DNA from: an uncultured Haloferula sp.
GTDB taxonomy: Bacteria > Verrucomicrobiota > Verrucomicrobiia > Verrucomicrobiales > Akkermansiaceae
Assembly: GCA_965652295.1 (NCBI GenBank)
Contig: CBFGTS010000008.1
Span: 151,332 to 215,331 of the forward strand
Direction: 5' to 3'
DNA length: 64,000 bases
A program made the translations under genes and the position numbers. Below the pieces are notes generated by a model. The model saw nothing but the letters and a program-made list of their open reading frames with translations. It was not told the DNA's origin and ran no database searches. Positions 42,202 through 53,049 of the stretch are shown here, in pieces. Every line of letters begins with the position of its first letter. Positions within the stretch are counted from its first letter, which is position 1.

Positions 42202-42531
42202 ATGCGTTTTGTGGTCGATGCTCAGCTTCCTCCTGCGCTCGCGCGGCTGCTGAGTTCTTACGGTCATCATTCCGAGCATGTGGCCGATGTTGGCCTGAGA
42301 GATGCGGAAGACTCTTCAATCTGGAGCTACGCCGTCGAAACGGATGCCATACTGATCACCAAGGATGAGGACTTCCCACACCGCCATCGGCAGGGCGGCC
42401 CGTCGCCGGTCGTCCTCTGGCTGCGGATCGGAAATACCAGTCGCAGGGCTTTGCTTGAATGGATCGAGCCGCTTCTCCCGCAGATTGAAACAATGATTCA
42501 GAGAGGGGAACGCCTGATAGAAATCCGCTGA
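42202..42531 (+). CDS. DUF5615 PIN-like toxin
   Basis: 'MRFVVDAQLP', 'D..IW..A...ILITKDEDF', 'LRIGN'. Confidence 0.92.
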   Translation: MRFVVDAQLPPALARLLSSYGHHSEHVADVGLRDAEDSSIWSYAVETDAILITKDEDFPHRHRQGGPSPVVLWLRIGNTSRRALLEWIEPLLPQIETMIQRGERLIEIR

Positions 42532-42593
42532 ACTCGGGTGGCTTGGATGGGTCCTACGGGTGTTCGGGGGGATAGGGCTTCCCTCGCCGATCC

Positions 42594-43295
42594 CTAGCGG
42601 GCGGGGCCTTCCTGTGGTGGCGCGGTGAGATCGATGAAGTGGCGGCGTGAGGAAAGCAGATGGCGGCGCATCGCCTCGGCGGATTGCGCGGCGTGCCCGG
42701 CTTCGATGGCTTCGAGGATGGCGGCGTGCTGCTCGATCACCGCATCATACCAGTCGGTCTCGGTGCGGTTGGCCTGGGCGAACTCGATGCAGGGCTTTTC
42801 CAGCGCGCCGAGCATGGCGGTGTAGAGCCGGTTGCCGGAGGCTTCGGCCAGGGCCACGTGAAAGGCGATGTCGGAGCGGCTGAACTTCGCCTGCTGACCG
42901 GCGGTGGCTTTCATCCGCTCGATGGCGTCGCGCAGCCGGCGGATGTGGCGCTGCCCGGCTTCGGTGGCGGCGAGGCGGGCGCATTCGGTTTCGATCAGGA
43001 TGCGGAAATCGATGAGTTCGAGGAAATCCGGCGTGTCGGCGAGGACCGAGTAGGCCTCGAAGGCGGTGCCGAGGTTGTCGAGCGAGGGCAGGGCGATGTA
43101 GGTGCCGGAGCCCTTGCGGGAGATGAGCAGACCGCGCCCGCGGAGCTGCTGGATCGCTTCGCGGATGACGGTGCGGCTGGCGGTGAAGCGTTCGCTGAGC
43201 TTCTCCTCCGAAGGCAGGCGTGAACCTGCGGGCATCTTCCCGGCGAGAATCTCGTGTTCGAGTTCGCTGGCGATCTGGGCACTCCGGCGCGGCAT
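42594..43295 (-). CDS. FadR/GntR-family regulator
   Basis: 'LPSEEKLSERFTASRTVIREAI', FCD 'DIAFHVALAEASGN'. Confidence 0.93.
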   Translation of the reverse strand: MPRRSAQIASELEHEILAGKMPAGSRLPSEEKLSERFTASRTVIREAIQQLRGRGLLISRKGSGTYIALPSLDNLGTAFEAYSVLADTPDFLELIDFRILIETECARLAATEAGQRHIRRLRDAIERMKATAGQQAKFSRSDIAFHVALAEASGNRLYTAMLGALEKPCIEFAQANRTETDWYDAVIEQHAAILEAIEAGHAAQSAEAMRRHLLSSRRHFIDLTAPPQEGPAR

Positions 43296-43363
43296 GATGC
43301 CGGAGGGTGACCGCCGAACCGTGTCGAGTCGATCTTTAGGAGGTGGGACGTTTTCAACCCCAC

Positions 43364-43470
43364 GGGGAGCGCCGGCATCCTGCCGGCTGTGCCCGGCGTC
43401 CCGCCGGGCACCTCCGGAGAGCGGGTTCCGCAGGATGCGAAACCCAGCCGGCAGGATGCCGGCGCTCCCC
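43364..43470. repeat. REP doublet (REPIN-like): perfect 26-bp inverted repeat with an internal hairpin
   Basis: GGGGAGCGCCGGCATCCTGCCGGCTG (43364-43389) / CAGCCGGCAGGATGCCGGCGCTCCCC (43445-43470). Confidence 0.8.
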
Positions 43471-43538
43471 TTTTGGGCGGCGCTCCGACTTCGAGGTTTA
43501 CCGCCGGGGCAAGTTCTCTACGTTCCACACAGGAAGGG

Positions 43539-44291
43539 ATGACAACAGGCGAAGCGGAGCGAAGACTGGATACGCTGCAGGCGATGGAGCTCGCCGAGGG
43601 CGTGGAAATCCGTCTGAGGATCGCCGGGCCGCTGCCGCGGGGCGGAGCTCTGCTGCTGGATCTGATGTTCCAGCTCGTCTTGCTGACGGGGATCGCATTC
43701 GTCGGCGGTTTGATGTCGCTGGCGATCGGGGATTTCACGATGCAGGGCGTCACCCTGATCGCCTGGTTCGGGATCACCTGGTGGTACCCGGTGCTGTTCG
43801 AGGCGGGCAAACGGGGTGCCACGCCGGGCAAGATGATCTGCGGCCTGCGGGTGGTGCAGCAGTCCGGCTCGCCGATCACCTTCGGGCAGGCGGTGCTGAG
43901 GAACTTCCTGCGCTACGCCGATGGCATGCCTTACATGATCGGGGGCATCGCCGGGATCCCGACTTATACCTTCGCGCTGGTTTCGATGCTGGCGACGCGG
44001 CGTTTCCAGCGGCTGGGGGATCTGGCGGCGGGGACGGTGGTGGTTTACGATCGGCGCACTCCCTCGGCCGGCATGCCGGTGGCGGATGTGGGGGAAACGC
44101 GGGCACCTTCGGTGGCGCTGCGGCCGGAGGAGGTGAGGGCGGTGGCGAGTTTCCGGGACCGGCTTGCCAGCTGGTCGCCGGGGCGGCAGGCGGAGATCGC
44201 CGACCACGCGCGGGAACTCAGTGGAACGACCGGGTCGGCAGGAGTTTCGCGCCTGCTGGCGATGGCAAAGTGGTTGCAGGAAAGGGACTGA
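43539..44291 (+). CDS. RDD-family membrane protein
   Basis: 'AGPLPRGGALLLD', 'GATPGKMICGLRVV', 'QRLGDLAAGTVVV'. Confidence 0.9.
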   Translation: MTTGEAERRLDTLQAMELAEGVEIRLRIAGPLPRGGALLLDLMFQLVLLTGIAFVGGLMSLAIGDFTMQGVTLIAWFGITWWYPVLFEAGKRGATPGKMICGLRVVQQSGSPITFGQAVLRNFLRYADGMPYMIGGIAGIPTYTFALVSMLATRRFQRLGDLAAGTVVVYDRRTPSAGMPVADVGETRAPSVALRPEEVRAVASFRDRLASWSPGRQAEIADHARELSGTTGSAGVSRLLAMAKWLQERD

Positions 44292-44295
44292 GCTC

Positions 44296-45258
44296 GTGAA
44301 GGAAGCGGATTTCGAAGCGCGGCGGGAGAAGGCCTGGCAGGAGTTCGAAGGCCTGGTGAACGGGCTGGAGAAGAACCAGCGGCGGCCGGGCTCGCACGAG
44401 CTACCGAAACGTTTCCGCGAGGTCTGCGCTGACCTCGCGCTGGCGAGCCACCGGATGTACCGCAGCACCACGCTCGACCGGCTCAACGCGCTCGTCATCC
44501 GCGGCTACAAGCTGCTCTACCGGCAGCGGCGCGGAGGGACGGAGAAATTCGTGCGTTTCGTGGCCCACGATTTCCCGGCGGCGGTGCGCGCGGACTGGAA
44601 GTTGTTCTGGCTGTGCAGCCTGATGTTCTGGGTGCCGTTCTTCGCCATGTTGGCGATCGCCTCGAACGATCTCGACTGGACCCGCGCGATGCTGGGGCCG
44701 CAGCAGACGCAGGCGATGGAATCGATGTATGGCAACGGGACCGACCAGATCGCGTCGATGCGCAAGGAGTTCGGGTCGAACTTCGCGATGTTCGGATTCT
44801 ATATCTGGAACAACATCAGCATCGATTTCCGGATCTTCGCCGGTGGGATCGTGGCGGGGCTGGGGACCTTGTTTTATCTGGTTTTCAACGGGCTCAACAT
44901 CGGTGCCTCCGCGGGCTACGCGACCTATGCCTGCGATCCAGAGGCGTTCTGGACCTTCGTCTCAGGGCATTCGGCGCCGGAGCTGATCGGGATGATCGTG
45001 GCCGGGATGGCGGGCATGAAGCTGGGCGTGGGCATCCTGCGGCCGGGGCGGATGACGCGCGGGAAATCGCTGGCCGCGGCGGCGAAGAGCGCGCTGCCGC
45101 TGATCTACGGTGCGGGAGGGATGACTTTTCTCGCGGCAATGATCGAGGGATTCTGGTCGGCTCAGGCGATTCCCGCGGAGGTGAAATACGGCTTCGGAGG
45201 CGTGGTCTGGTTACTGCATGGGGCGTACTTCGGGTTGTTGGGAAGGAGGCGGAAGTGA
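44296..45258 (+). CDS. Stage II sporulation protein M family membrane protein
   Basis: 'YIWNNISI', 'FNG..IG', 'HSAPEL', 'AAMIEGF'. Confidence 0.88.
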   Translation: MKEADFEARREKAWQEFEGLVNGLEKNQRRPGSHELPKRFREVCADLALASHRMYRSTTLDRLNALVIRGYKLLYRQRRGGTEKFVRFVAHDFPAAVRADWKLFWLCSLMFWVPFFAMLAIASNDLDWTRAMLGPQQTQAMESMYGNGTDQIASMRKEFGSNFAMFGFYIWNNISIDFRIFAGGIVAGLGTLFYLVFNGLNIGASAGYATYACDPEAFWTFVSGHSAPELIGMIVAGMAGMKLGVGILRPGRMTRGKSLAAAAKSALPLIYGAGGMTFLAAMIEGFWSAQAIPAEVKYGFGGVVWLLHGAYFGLLGRRRK

Positions 45259-46700
45259 GGATTGAGGCGGTGACGGCGGAGCTGCGGCCGCGCAGCGAGT
45301 GGGAGGCGGTCGATCTGGGGCTGGCGCTGGTGCGTCGCGACTTCCGCCGGCTGCTGGGGGCGTGGTGGCTGGGGATGATGCCGGCGGTGGCGGCGGGCGC
45401 GGCGCTGTGGTGGCTGCATCCGCTGTGGGCGGTGTTGTTTTTCTGGTGGTGGGTGCCGGTGGGCTCGCGGCTGGTGCTGTTTCGGCTCAGCCGCACGCTT
45501 TTCGGCGATCGCCCGGGCTGGCGGGATCTGCTGCGCGAGCTGCCGCGTGCGATGACGCGTCGCTTTGCCTACCGCATGCTGTGGGCGCGGATGTCGCCAT
45601 GGCGGCCGTTGACGATGGCGGTTGAGGATTTGGAAGGTCTGCGCGGGTCGAACTACCGGCTGCGCTGCCGGACGCTGATGCGGCGGGGGGATTCGAGCCT
45701 CGTCCTGCTGTTCTTCTGGCGGCTGGGCCTGCTGGCGTGGTTGATGGTGGCGCTGGTGAGCACGGTGGCGGTGTTTCTTTCCCAAACCGCGCAGGCGGAG
45801 TGGGGCGAGGCGATCGAGGCGTGGTTCGGGGAGACGAGTTATCCGGTGCCTGCGGGGTTCGCGTTCGTGTGGTTGATGGCGGCGCTGGTGGCGATGTGCC
45901 TGACGGATCTCTTCGCGACCGGAGCGGGCTTCGCGATCTACGTGAACCATAGGACTTGGATCGAGGGCTGGGACGTGGAGCTGGCCTTCCGCCGGATCTC
46001 GGCGCGGCTGGCGAAGGTGGCCGTGGCGGTGGTGCTGGCGTTTTCCGGGATCGACCGCGGGCTGGCGCAGGAGCCGGAGGACGTGATCGGGCAGGTGCTT
46101 TCGCATCCCGACTTCGAGGTTCACGAGAAAACGACGAAGGAACCGGTGCCCTGGGATTGGTGGGAGAGGCTGTGGGACGGCTTCGGCTCGGGAGGGTCGG
46201 GCGCTGGGGCCGGGGTCATCAGCTCGATCGGTTGGGTGTTACTGGTATGCACCATCGTGCTGGCGCTCGCGGCGCTCGTGTGGCTGTTGGTGCGTTTCCT
46301 CCACGTGGTGAAACCCCGGGAGGGGAGCCGCATCCCCGGGGCTGCTCCGCAGGCGCGGGTGGTGATGGGGATGGAGGTGACCCATGGCAGCCTGCCGGAG
46401 GACGTCGCCGCGGTGGCGCTGGCGGCATGGCATGCGGGGCGGCGTCACGAGGCGCTGGCGCTGCTGTACCGCGGGGCGATCTCATGGATGATCCGGGTGC
46501 CGCGGGTCGAGATCGCCGAATCCGACACGGAGATGGACTGCCTGCGGCGGGTGCATGGGGCGTCGTTGGTGGAGGCGGGGTATTTCGAGCAGCTCACGCA
46601 GGTCTGGAGCCGACTGGCCTATGCGCGGGTGGAGCCGGGCGATGAGGTGGTGGAATCGCTCTGCGCGCGCTGGCCCTTCGGGAAAGGAGGCGGGGCATGA
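45255..46700 (+). CDS. Membrane protein with C-terminal DUF4129
   Basis: 'LRPRSEWEAVDLG', 'EGWDVEL', 'EALALLYRGA...SDTEMDC'. Confidence 0.8.
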   Translation: MRIEAVTAELRPRSEWEAVDLGLALVRRDFRRLLGAWWLGMMPAVAAGAALWWLHPLWAVLFFWWWVPVGSRLVLFRLSRTLFGDRPGWRDLLRELPRAMTRRFAYRMLWARMSPWRPLTMAVEDLEGLRGSNYRLRCRTLMRRGDSSLVLLFFWRLGLLAWLMVALVSTVAVFLSQTAQAEWGEAIEAWFGETSYPVPAGFAFVWLMAALVAMCLTDLFATGAGFAIYVNHRTWIEGWDVELAFRRISARLAKVAVAVVLAFSGIDRGLAQEPEDVIGQVLSHPDFEVHEKTTKEPVPWDWWERLWDGFGSGGSGAGAGVISSIGWVLLVCTIVLALAALVWLLVRFLHVVKPREGSRIPGAAPQARVVMGMEVTHGSLPEDVAAVALAAWHAGRRHEALALLYRGAISWMIRVPRVEIAESDTEMDCLRRVHGASLVEAGYFEQLTQVWSRLAYARVEPGDEVVESLCARWPFGKGGGA

Positions 46701-47791
46701 GACACGGCTGGCTTGGCATGGGGGCGCTGCTGCTGGTGCTGCTGCTGGCGGGCTGCCAGTTCCGCGAGGAGACGCGGGAGATCGGCCACAAGGGCCGGGC
46801 GAAAGCGAACCCGTATCTGGCGGCGGAGCGTTTCCTGGCGAACTACGGCTTTTATCGTGGTGAGGGCGTGCGCTGGCCGGCGTTCGATTCCGAGGACGTG
46901 CTGGTGGTGGCTCCTTTGCCGGTGCTGGAAGCAGCAGGACGCGAGGGCGCGGTGAAAAGCTGGGTGGCCCGGGGCGGACACCTGGTGGTGCTGCTGCGTT
47001 ACGGCGAGCCGGGTTTCGATGACTGGGACCCGCCGCGGTGGCTCCCGCCGGTGGAGGAAGGCGGGATGCGGCGATACGCCGATTGGCTGGAGGATGCGGG
47101 GATGGAGGTGGATTACGACGAGAAGGAGTCCGTCGAAAGGGTGCGCTTCGATGGCGAGCGCTATGAGGTTTTCCTGGAGTCGGACGCCCGGATCTCGTCG
47201 GGACGCCACTTCGCTTCGAAACGCTGGGGCGATGGTCGGATCACGGTGCTGACGAGCGCGAGGCCGTTCCGCAACCGTCACATCGGCGAGCACGATCACG
47301 CCGAGCTGCTGCTGGCGTTGGCCGAGGTCGGCGGGTTTGCCGGACGGGTGACTTTCCTGCGCTTCGCCACCGAGTCGTTCTGGGCGCTGATTTGGGAAAA
47401 GGCGTGGCCTTTCCTGGTGGCCCTGCTGGCGCTGACGGGCGTGTGGCTGTGGCGGAACCTGCCGCGTTTCGGTCCGGTGGACAGCGCGGAAACGACCAAG
47501 GCGCTGCTGGCGAGCGACCACCACCTGGAGGCTCTCGGCGGTTTCCACTGGGGGCTCGATCACGGCCGTGCGCTGCTGGCTCCGCTGCGCGAATCGCTGA
47601 TGGAGCGGGCCCACCGTTTCGCGCTCGCGGCCGGCAGGCAGGATGACGATGTTTTCCAGCTCATCGCCGAACGCACCGGGCTCCCGCGCGAGCGTGCCGA
47701 ACGGGCGATGACCGTGGAGGTCACCCGCGACAGCGCCAGCTTCACCCGCCTCACCGCCGACCTTCAACAGATCCATCACTCCCTGCCATGA
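46697..47791 (+). CDS. DUF4350-domain protein
   Basis: '[10 protein letters not shown]', 'WVARGGHL', 'RFGP'; operon context. Confidence 0.75.
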   Translation: MRHGWLGMGALLLVLLLAGCQFREETREIGHKGRAKANPYLAAERFLANYGFYRGEGVRWPAFDSEDVLVVAPLPVLEAAGREGAVKSWVARGGHLVVLLRYGEPGFDDWDPPRWLPPVEEGGMRRYADWLEDAGMEVDYDEKESVERVRFDGERYEVFLESDARISSGRHFASKRWGDGRITVLTSARPFRNRHIGEHDHAELLLALAEVGGFAGRVTFLRFATESFWALIWEKAWPFLVALLALTGVWLWRNLPRFGPVDSAETTKALLASDHHLEALGGFHWGLDHGRALLAPLRESLMERAHRFALAAGRQDDDVFQLIAERTGLPRERAERAMTVEVTRDSASFTRLTADLQQIHHSLP

Positions 47792-48777
47792 ACGACCTGC
47801 CAGCCGATCCCTCACCGCCCCATCCCGAACCGTCCTCGCCGGGCGTGGCCCAGCGCATGCGCGAACAGATCGAGTCCGTGGTGCTCGGCCAGCGGGAGGT
47901 GATCCATCAGGTACTCGCCGGTCTGCTGGCGGGCGGCCACGTGCTGCTGGAGGGAAAGCCGGGCCTCGGGAAAACCCAGCTGGTGCTGGCGATGGCGCGC
48001 AGCTTCGCCGGCAGGTTCGGGCGCATCCAGTTCACGCCGGACCTGATGCCCTCGGACGTGACCGGGTTCCGCCTCTTCGACATGAAGAGCCAGACGTTCC
48101 AACTCCGCCAGGGCCCGATCTTCACCCACCTGCTGCTGGCGGATGAAATCAACCGCGCGCCTGCCAAAACCCAGTCGGCCCTGCTGGAGGTGATGCAGGA
48201 ACGGCAGGTGACGATCGATGGCGAAACGATGCCGCTGAGCCCGCCCTTCATGACGCTGGCGACGCAGAACCCGATCGAGCACGAGGGCACCTATCCGCTG
48301 CCCGAGGCGCAGCTCGACCGTTTCCTGATGAAGGTCATCCTCGACTACCCGGAGCACGCCGCGGAGCACCAGATCGTCGCGAGGGCGGCGGCGGAGGTGC
48401 CCGGCGGATCGCCTGTGGCGGCGGTGCAGCCGGTGGCCACGCCGGAGGATGTGGTGCGTGCGCAGGCGGAAACGGCGGCCGTGAGGGTGGTGCCGGAGGT
48501 GGTCGATTACGCCGTGGCGCTGGTGCAGGCGACGCGGGAATCGCGCGCCGTCGCGCTGGGCGCAGGCACCCGGGGAGCGATCGCGCTGGTCCGCATCGCC
48601 AAGGCGATCGCCCTGCTCCACGGCCGCGATTTCGTCACGCCGGATGACATCAAGGCCGCCTCGCTGCCGGTTCTGCGCCACCGCGTGCAGCTCGCTCCGG
48701 AGGTGGCGATCAGCGGCCAGGAGGTGGACGGGATTTTGAAATCCCTCGTCGAATCGGTGCCGGCACCCCGCACGTGA
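47788..48777 (+). CDS. moxR: MoxR-family AAA+ ATPase
   Basis: [39 protein letters not shown]. Confidence 0.95.
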   Translation: MNDLPADPSPPHPEPSSPGVAQRMREQIESVVLGQREVIHQVLAGLLAGGHVLLEGKPGLGKTQLVLAMARSFAGRFGRIQFTPDLMPSDVTGFRLFDMKSQTFQLRQGPIFTHLLLADEINRAPAKTQSALLEVMQERQVTIDGETMPLSPPFMTLATQNPIEHEGTYPLPEAQLDRFLMKVILDYPEHAAEHQIVARAAAEVPGGSPVAAVQPVATPEDVVRAQAETAAVRVVPEVVDYAVALVQATRESRAVALGAGTRGAIALVRIAKAIALLHGRDFVTPDDIKAASLPVLRHRVQLAPEVAISGQEVDGILKSLVESVPAPRT

Positions 48778-50078
48778 TTCCGACTTCCAGAGCGGTCTGG
48801 CTGGCCGTGGCGTGGCTGCTCGCCGGGCTGGCGGCCTCGGCCGAGCGGTCGCTGGTGATGCCGTGGCTCGTACTCGGTGCGGGGACGGTCGTGCTGCTGG
48901 GGCTCGATGCCCTGGCGGGCTTTTCCCTCAAGGGCCTGGCGCTGACCCGGGAACTGCCGGGACGGTTCGCGGTGGGCGAGTCCGGCGAGGTGCGGCTGCG
49001 TCTGGTCAACGGCTCGCGTCGCGGCCGGTGGATCGAGATTTTCGACGGCATCCCGGAGGGGGCGGAAGCCCCGGCGATGCCTTGGGTCGGGAGACTGGCG
49101 GCGGGAGAAAAGGCACGGATCGATCACCCGGTGCGGATGCTCGAACGCGGGCTGGTCCGCTTCCGGCCGATGCATCTGCGCTCGCGCTCGCCGCTCGGGC
49201 TGTGGTGGCGGCGGAAAACGATCGGCGGCGAGGAAGAGGCCAAGGTTTTCCCGGACTACGAGCCGGTGGTCCGGTTCGCGCTGCTGGGGATGGAGGCGCG
49301 GCAGGACCAGATGGGGATCGTGCGGAAAGCGAGCGCCGGCTCGAGCCGCGATTTCCACCAGCTCCGCGAATACCGCGAGGGCGACCCGCTTTCACAGCTC
49401 GATTGGAAGGCGACCTCGCGGCGCATGCAGCTCATCAGCCGCGAGTTTCAGGAACAGCGGAACCAGACGATCGTATTCCTCGCCGACACCGGTCGGCGGA
49501 TGCGCGCGATGGATGGCGATCTCCAGCAATTCGACCACTGTCTCAATGCGATGCTGCTGGTGTCCTACATCGCGCTCGGCCAGGGCGACCGGGTGGGGGT
49601 GCAGTCGTTCGGCGGCAGCGATCTGTGGCTGCCGCCGGTGAAAGGAAGGCACGCGATGCCCACGGTGCTCGACCATCTCTACGACTACCGCACCACTCCG
49701 GCACCGAGTGATTTCACCGCCGCCGCGGAAAAGCTCCAACTGCGCCAGAGTCGCCGCGCGATGGTCGTGCTGCTGACCAACCTGCGCGGCGAGGACGCCT
49801 CCGAGCTGGTGCCGGCGCTGGCCACGCTGACCCGCCGCCACCTGGTGGTGCTGGCCAGCCTGCGGGAGAACTCGCTGCAGGAAGCGCGGGCACGGCCGGT
49901 CTCGTCGTTCTCCGACGCGCTGAAGTTCGCCGCCGCCGAGCACTACGATCGCGAGCGGGCGCAGACGCTCGCGATGCTGCGCGGCCACGGCGTCGTCACT
50001 CTCGATGTCCCCGCCAGGGAGCTGCCCACCGCGCTGGCGAACCGCTATCTCGACCTCAAGGCGGCGGGACGGCTCTAG
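48774..50078 (+). CDS. DUF58 domain protein
   Basis: '[23 protein letters not shown]', 'DTGRRM'. Confidence 0.92.
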   Translation: MIPTSRAVWLAVAWLLAGLAASAERSLVMPWLVLGAGTVVLLGLDALAGFSLKGLALTRELPGRFAVGESGEVRLRLVNGSRRGRWIEIFDGIPEGAEAPAMPWVGRLAAGEKARIDHPVRMLERGLVRFRPMHLRSRSPLGLWWRRKTIGGEEEAKVFPDYEPVVRFALLGMEARQDQMGIVRKASAGSSRDFHQLREYREGDPLSQLDWKATSRRMQLISREFQEQRNQTIVFLADTGRRMRAMDGDLQQFDHCLNAMLLVSYIALGQGDRVGVQSFGGSDLWLPPVKGRHAMPTVLDHLYDYRTTPAPSDFTAAAEKLQLRQSRRAMVVLLTNLRGEDASELVPALATLTRRHLVVLASLRENSLQEARARPVSSFSDALKFAAAEHYDRERAQTLAMLRGHGVVTLDVPARELPTALANRYLDLKAAGRL

Positions 50079-50182
50079 CAGACCGGTAGACCGGACCGGC
50101 GGGGAGGGGAACGCGTTGGCGTAATGGCCGGGGCGGAAATTCCTGACATTCTCCGCGGTGTGGGGCAGCCATGCTCCAGCCA

Positions 50183-50766
50183 CCACGGGCGCCGGGATTC
50201 TCCCCCCTCGGCGCCCGCGGTTTTTTACCCCCCCGGTCCGAGAGGCTTCGGCGAAGGGAGGCGGCGTGGTGGGGTTCCCGCGGAAGCACAAAGGCCGGAA
50301 GCACCCGGCAACCGTCGCAAAACGGACGGAGCCTTTTCCTGAGTCCGCCGGAAGGCACCGTGATCACGTGATGGAGACCATCTAACGACTGTGAGAGTCT
50401 CTCCGGCGTAAGGGAAATGCACAGCCCCCCAGGGGCCCACGGGCGTCGGAAGTATCCCCTTCCGGTGCCCGTGGACATTTTCCCGGCGGCTCGTTTTGCG
50501 GAGCCCCGAAGGTCCACGACCATCCGTGAAAAAGAAGACTCTCCGCCCGTTCTGCGACGGTTGCCGGGTGCTTCCGGCCTTTGGATCACAGAGGCACAGA
50601 GAGAAAGGCACGAGGTCACAGAGGGAGATGGATCGTGAGCGATTTTCGGAGAATGCCGGATTTCACCCACCTCAAAGAACCTCTGTGATCTCCTGCCTTT
50701 TCCTCTGTGCCTCCGTGTTTGAAGAAAGCCCTTCAGGCCGCAGGTGCATGCAAAACGGACGGAGCC
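50183..50766. repeat. Cluster of interleaved inverted repeats in an ~830-bp intergenic region
   Basis: 43-bp IR 50289-50331/50541-50583; 38-bp IR 50587-50624/50680-50717; twin hairpins at 50183-50220 and 50437-50474. Confidence 0.75.
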
Positions 50767-50912
50767 CCAAAAAGAAGACGTTCAAGGGTTTGATAGCAGG
50801 ATGAATGGGACGGAGGAAAAGGGGTCACCCCGAAAACTACGGAGCGGATTTCCCGACGCGGGTTTTAAGATTGTTCAAGAGCGGCCGGGGCGTGTGGGAT
50901 GCCGCGTCTCGC

Positions 50913-52547
50913 ATGAAAATCGGTATCGCGCAAATCAACGCCGTGGTCGGCGATTTCCCCGGCAACGCCAAGCGGCTGCTCGCGGCCTACCGCGCGTGCC
51001 TCGATCAGGGCGCGGAGCTGGTGATCAGCCCGGAGATGAGCCTCGTCGGCTACCCGCCGCGCGATCTCGTGCTGAAGAGCGCCTTCGTGCCGAAATGCCT
51101 GCAAGCGCTCGACTACCTCGCCGGAGAAATCGGCGAGGTGCCTTTCCTGGTCGGCTACATCGATCACAACGACCCGGACGACCGCGGCCAGCCGTTTCGC
51201 AACGCGGCGGCATTCCTCCATCGCGGCTCGGTGCGCGCGCGACGCTGGAAAACCCTGCTGCCCACCTACGACGTGTTCGACGAATGGCGCTACTTCGAGC
51301 CTTCCGAGGCCAGCGAGCCGATCGAATGGAACGGTCTGCGCCTCGGCGTGACGGTGTGCGAGGACATCTGGACCGATGCCTACCTCCAGCGGCCGCTCTA
51401 CGATCGCGACCCGGTGAAGGAGCTGGTTGCCGCCGGCGTGGATCTTCTGCTCAACCTCTCCGCCTCGCCCTTCCACGCCGGCAAGCCCGCCATCCGGCGG
51501 AGCATGATCGCCGAGGTGGCCGAGGCCGCCCGGGTGCCGCTGGTGTATTGCAACAGCATCGGCGCGAACGACCAGCTCGTCTTCGACGGCCATTCGCTGG
51601 TCGCCGTCCCCGGGCAGGGCATCGTGTTCGAGGGTCCCGGCTTCGAGGAGGCGACGGTCACGATCGATCTGGGAAGTACGGCATCCTTCGTGGATCGACC
51701 CGCCTGCGAGGCGGAGCACCTGTGGAAAGCCCTCGTGCTCGGCTTGCGCGACTACGCGGGGAAGACCGGCTTCAGCAGCGTCTGCCTTGGACTGAGCGGC
51801 GGGATCGATTCCGCCCTGACCGCCGCCGTCGCCGCCGAGGCGCTCGGTGCGGACAACGTCCACGGCCTCACCCTACCCAGCCCGTATTCGTCCGGCGGCA
51901 GCGTCGATGACTCCATGGCCCTCGCCGCGAACCTCGGGATCCGCTGCGACCGGGTCGAGATCTCCGCGATTTTCAAGGAGGTGAAAGCCACCATGGCTCC
52001 GCTTTTCGAGGGTCGTCCGGAAGACGTCACCGAGGAAAACATGCAGGCCCGCATCCGCGCGGTGCTGCTGATGGCGCTCTCCAACAAGTTCGGTCACCTG
52101 CTGCTGACCACCGGCAACAAGAGCGAACTCGCCGTCGGCTACTGCACCATCTACGGCGACATGTCCGGTGGCCTGGCGGTGATTTCCGACCTGCCGAAGA
52201 CGAAGGTCTACGAGGTTTGCCGTTGGTTGAACCGCGAGCGCGAGGTGATTCCCTGGAACACCATCGACAAGCCCCCCAGCGCCGAGCTGCGGCCGGACCA
52301 GAAGGACCAGGACACCTTGCCGGAGTATGAGGTGCTCGATGCGATTCTCGAGATGTATGTCGAGCGGCAGTGGTCGGTCGATGACATCGTCGCCGCCGGC
52401 CACGAGGAGACCCTGGTGCGTTGGATCCAGCGCCGGGTGGACCTGAACGAATGGAAGCGCCAGCAAGCCGCCCCCGGCATCCGCGTGACCTCGAAAGCCT
52501 TCGGCATCGGCCGCCGCATGCCCATCGTCCAGCGGTTTGTGGGGTAG
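50913..52547 (+). CDS. nadE: Glutamine-dependent NAD+ synthetase
   Basis: Nitrilase domain (PE, K, VCEDIW) plus 'LSGGIDS', 'ENMQARIR', 'TGNKSE', 'PSAELRPDQKD'. Confidence 0.96.
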   Translation: MKIGIAQINAVVGDFPGNAKRLLAAYRACLDQGAELVISPEMSLVGYPPRDLVLKSAFVPKCLQALDYLAGEIGEVPFLVGYIDHNDPDDRGQPFRNAAAFLHRGSVRARRWKTLLPTYDVFDEWRYFEPSEASEPIEWNGLRLGVTVCEDIWTDAYLQRPLYDRDPVKELVAAGVDLLLNLSASPFHAGKPAIRRSMIAEVAEAARVPLVYCNSIGANDQLVFDGHSLVAVPGQGIVFEGPGFEEATVTIDLGSTASFVDRPACEAEHLWKALVLGLRDYAGKTGFSSVCLGLSGGIDSALTAAVAAEALGADNVHGLTLPSPYSSGGSVDDSMALAANLGIRCDRVEISAIFKEVKATMAPLFEGRPEDVTEENMQARIRAVLLMALSNKFGHLLLTTGNKSELAVGYCTIYGDMSGGLAVISDLPKTKVYEVCRWLNREREVIPWNTIDKPPSAELRPDQKDQDTLPEYEVLDAILEMYVERQWSVDDIVAAGHEETLVRWIQRRVDLNEWKRQQAAPGIRVTSKAFGIGRRMPIVQRFVG

Positions 52548-52856
52548 GATGCGGGGAAGTTTGCTGGTTTTCAGTGTTCAGTTTCTAGGAAGGGAGCGGA
52601 GCCGTGAAGGGGAAGCCGCAACGGGACAGCGCCCGTTCAGAAGAGGAAGGCCTCCTTTTGGAACGCGACCTTTAGGTCGCCCGCATCATAGCATCAACGA
52701 GACCGCGCCCGTGAACGGGCGATGCCGAGGAGCGGCGGGCGTTCGAAGATGGGCATGGGGAGGTGTGGAAAGTGAAAAGCGAAAAGGGGAAAGTAGAAAG
52801 TGGGGCTCGCGGACGGGGGCGGGCGGAGGAGCAGTCTTGGCTGAAGTTCTGCAGAG

Positions 52857-53049
52857 TTATTCGAGGAAGGGGTTGAGGATGGTCAGGTCGGCAATCCGGC
52901 GTCCGTGCTGAAGGTCCTCCGAGTAGAGGGTGGCGACGCCGGATTCGATCGCGGCGGCGACGATGAGCGAGTCGTAGAGACGGTATGGGGTCTGCCGATG
53001 GATCTCCAAGGCACGCGCGTGGATCGAGGGCGTGGGGGGGAGAGCGGGA
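52857..53049 (-). pseudogene. N-terminally truncated PIN-domain (VapC-like) gene
   Basis: 'RALEIH...YDSLIVAAAIESGVATLYSEDLQHG...ILNPF' is a PIN C-terminal half; its 5' part is replaced by the CRISPR array end. Confidence 0.8.

Noticed and set aside
41981..42531. DUF433/DUF5615 TA pair as part of the CRISPR-linked system
   Set aside because: An ordinary standalone pair over 10 kb away, with no repeat-like sequence or guide match seen nearby.
50079..50912. NAD-sensing riboswitch upstream of nadE
   Set aside because: No consensus I can recognise; the structures look like dispersed repeat elements.
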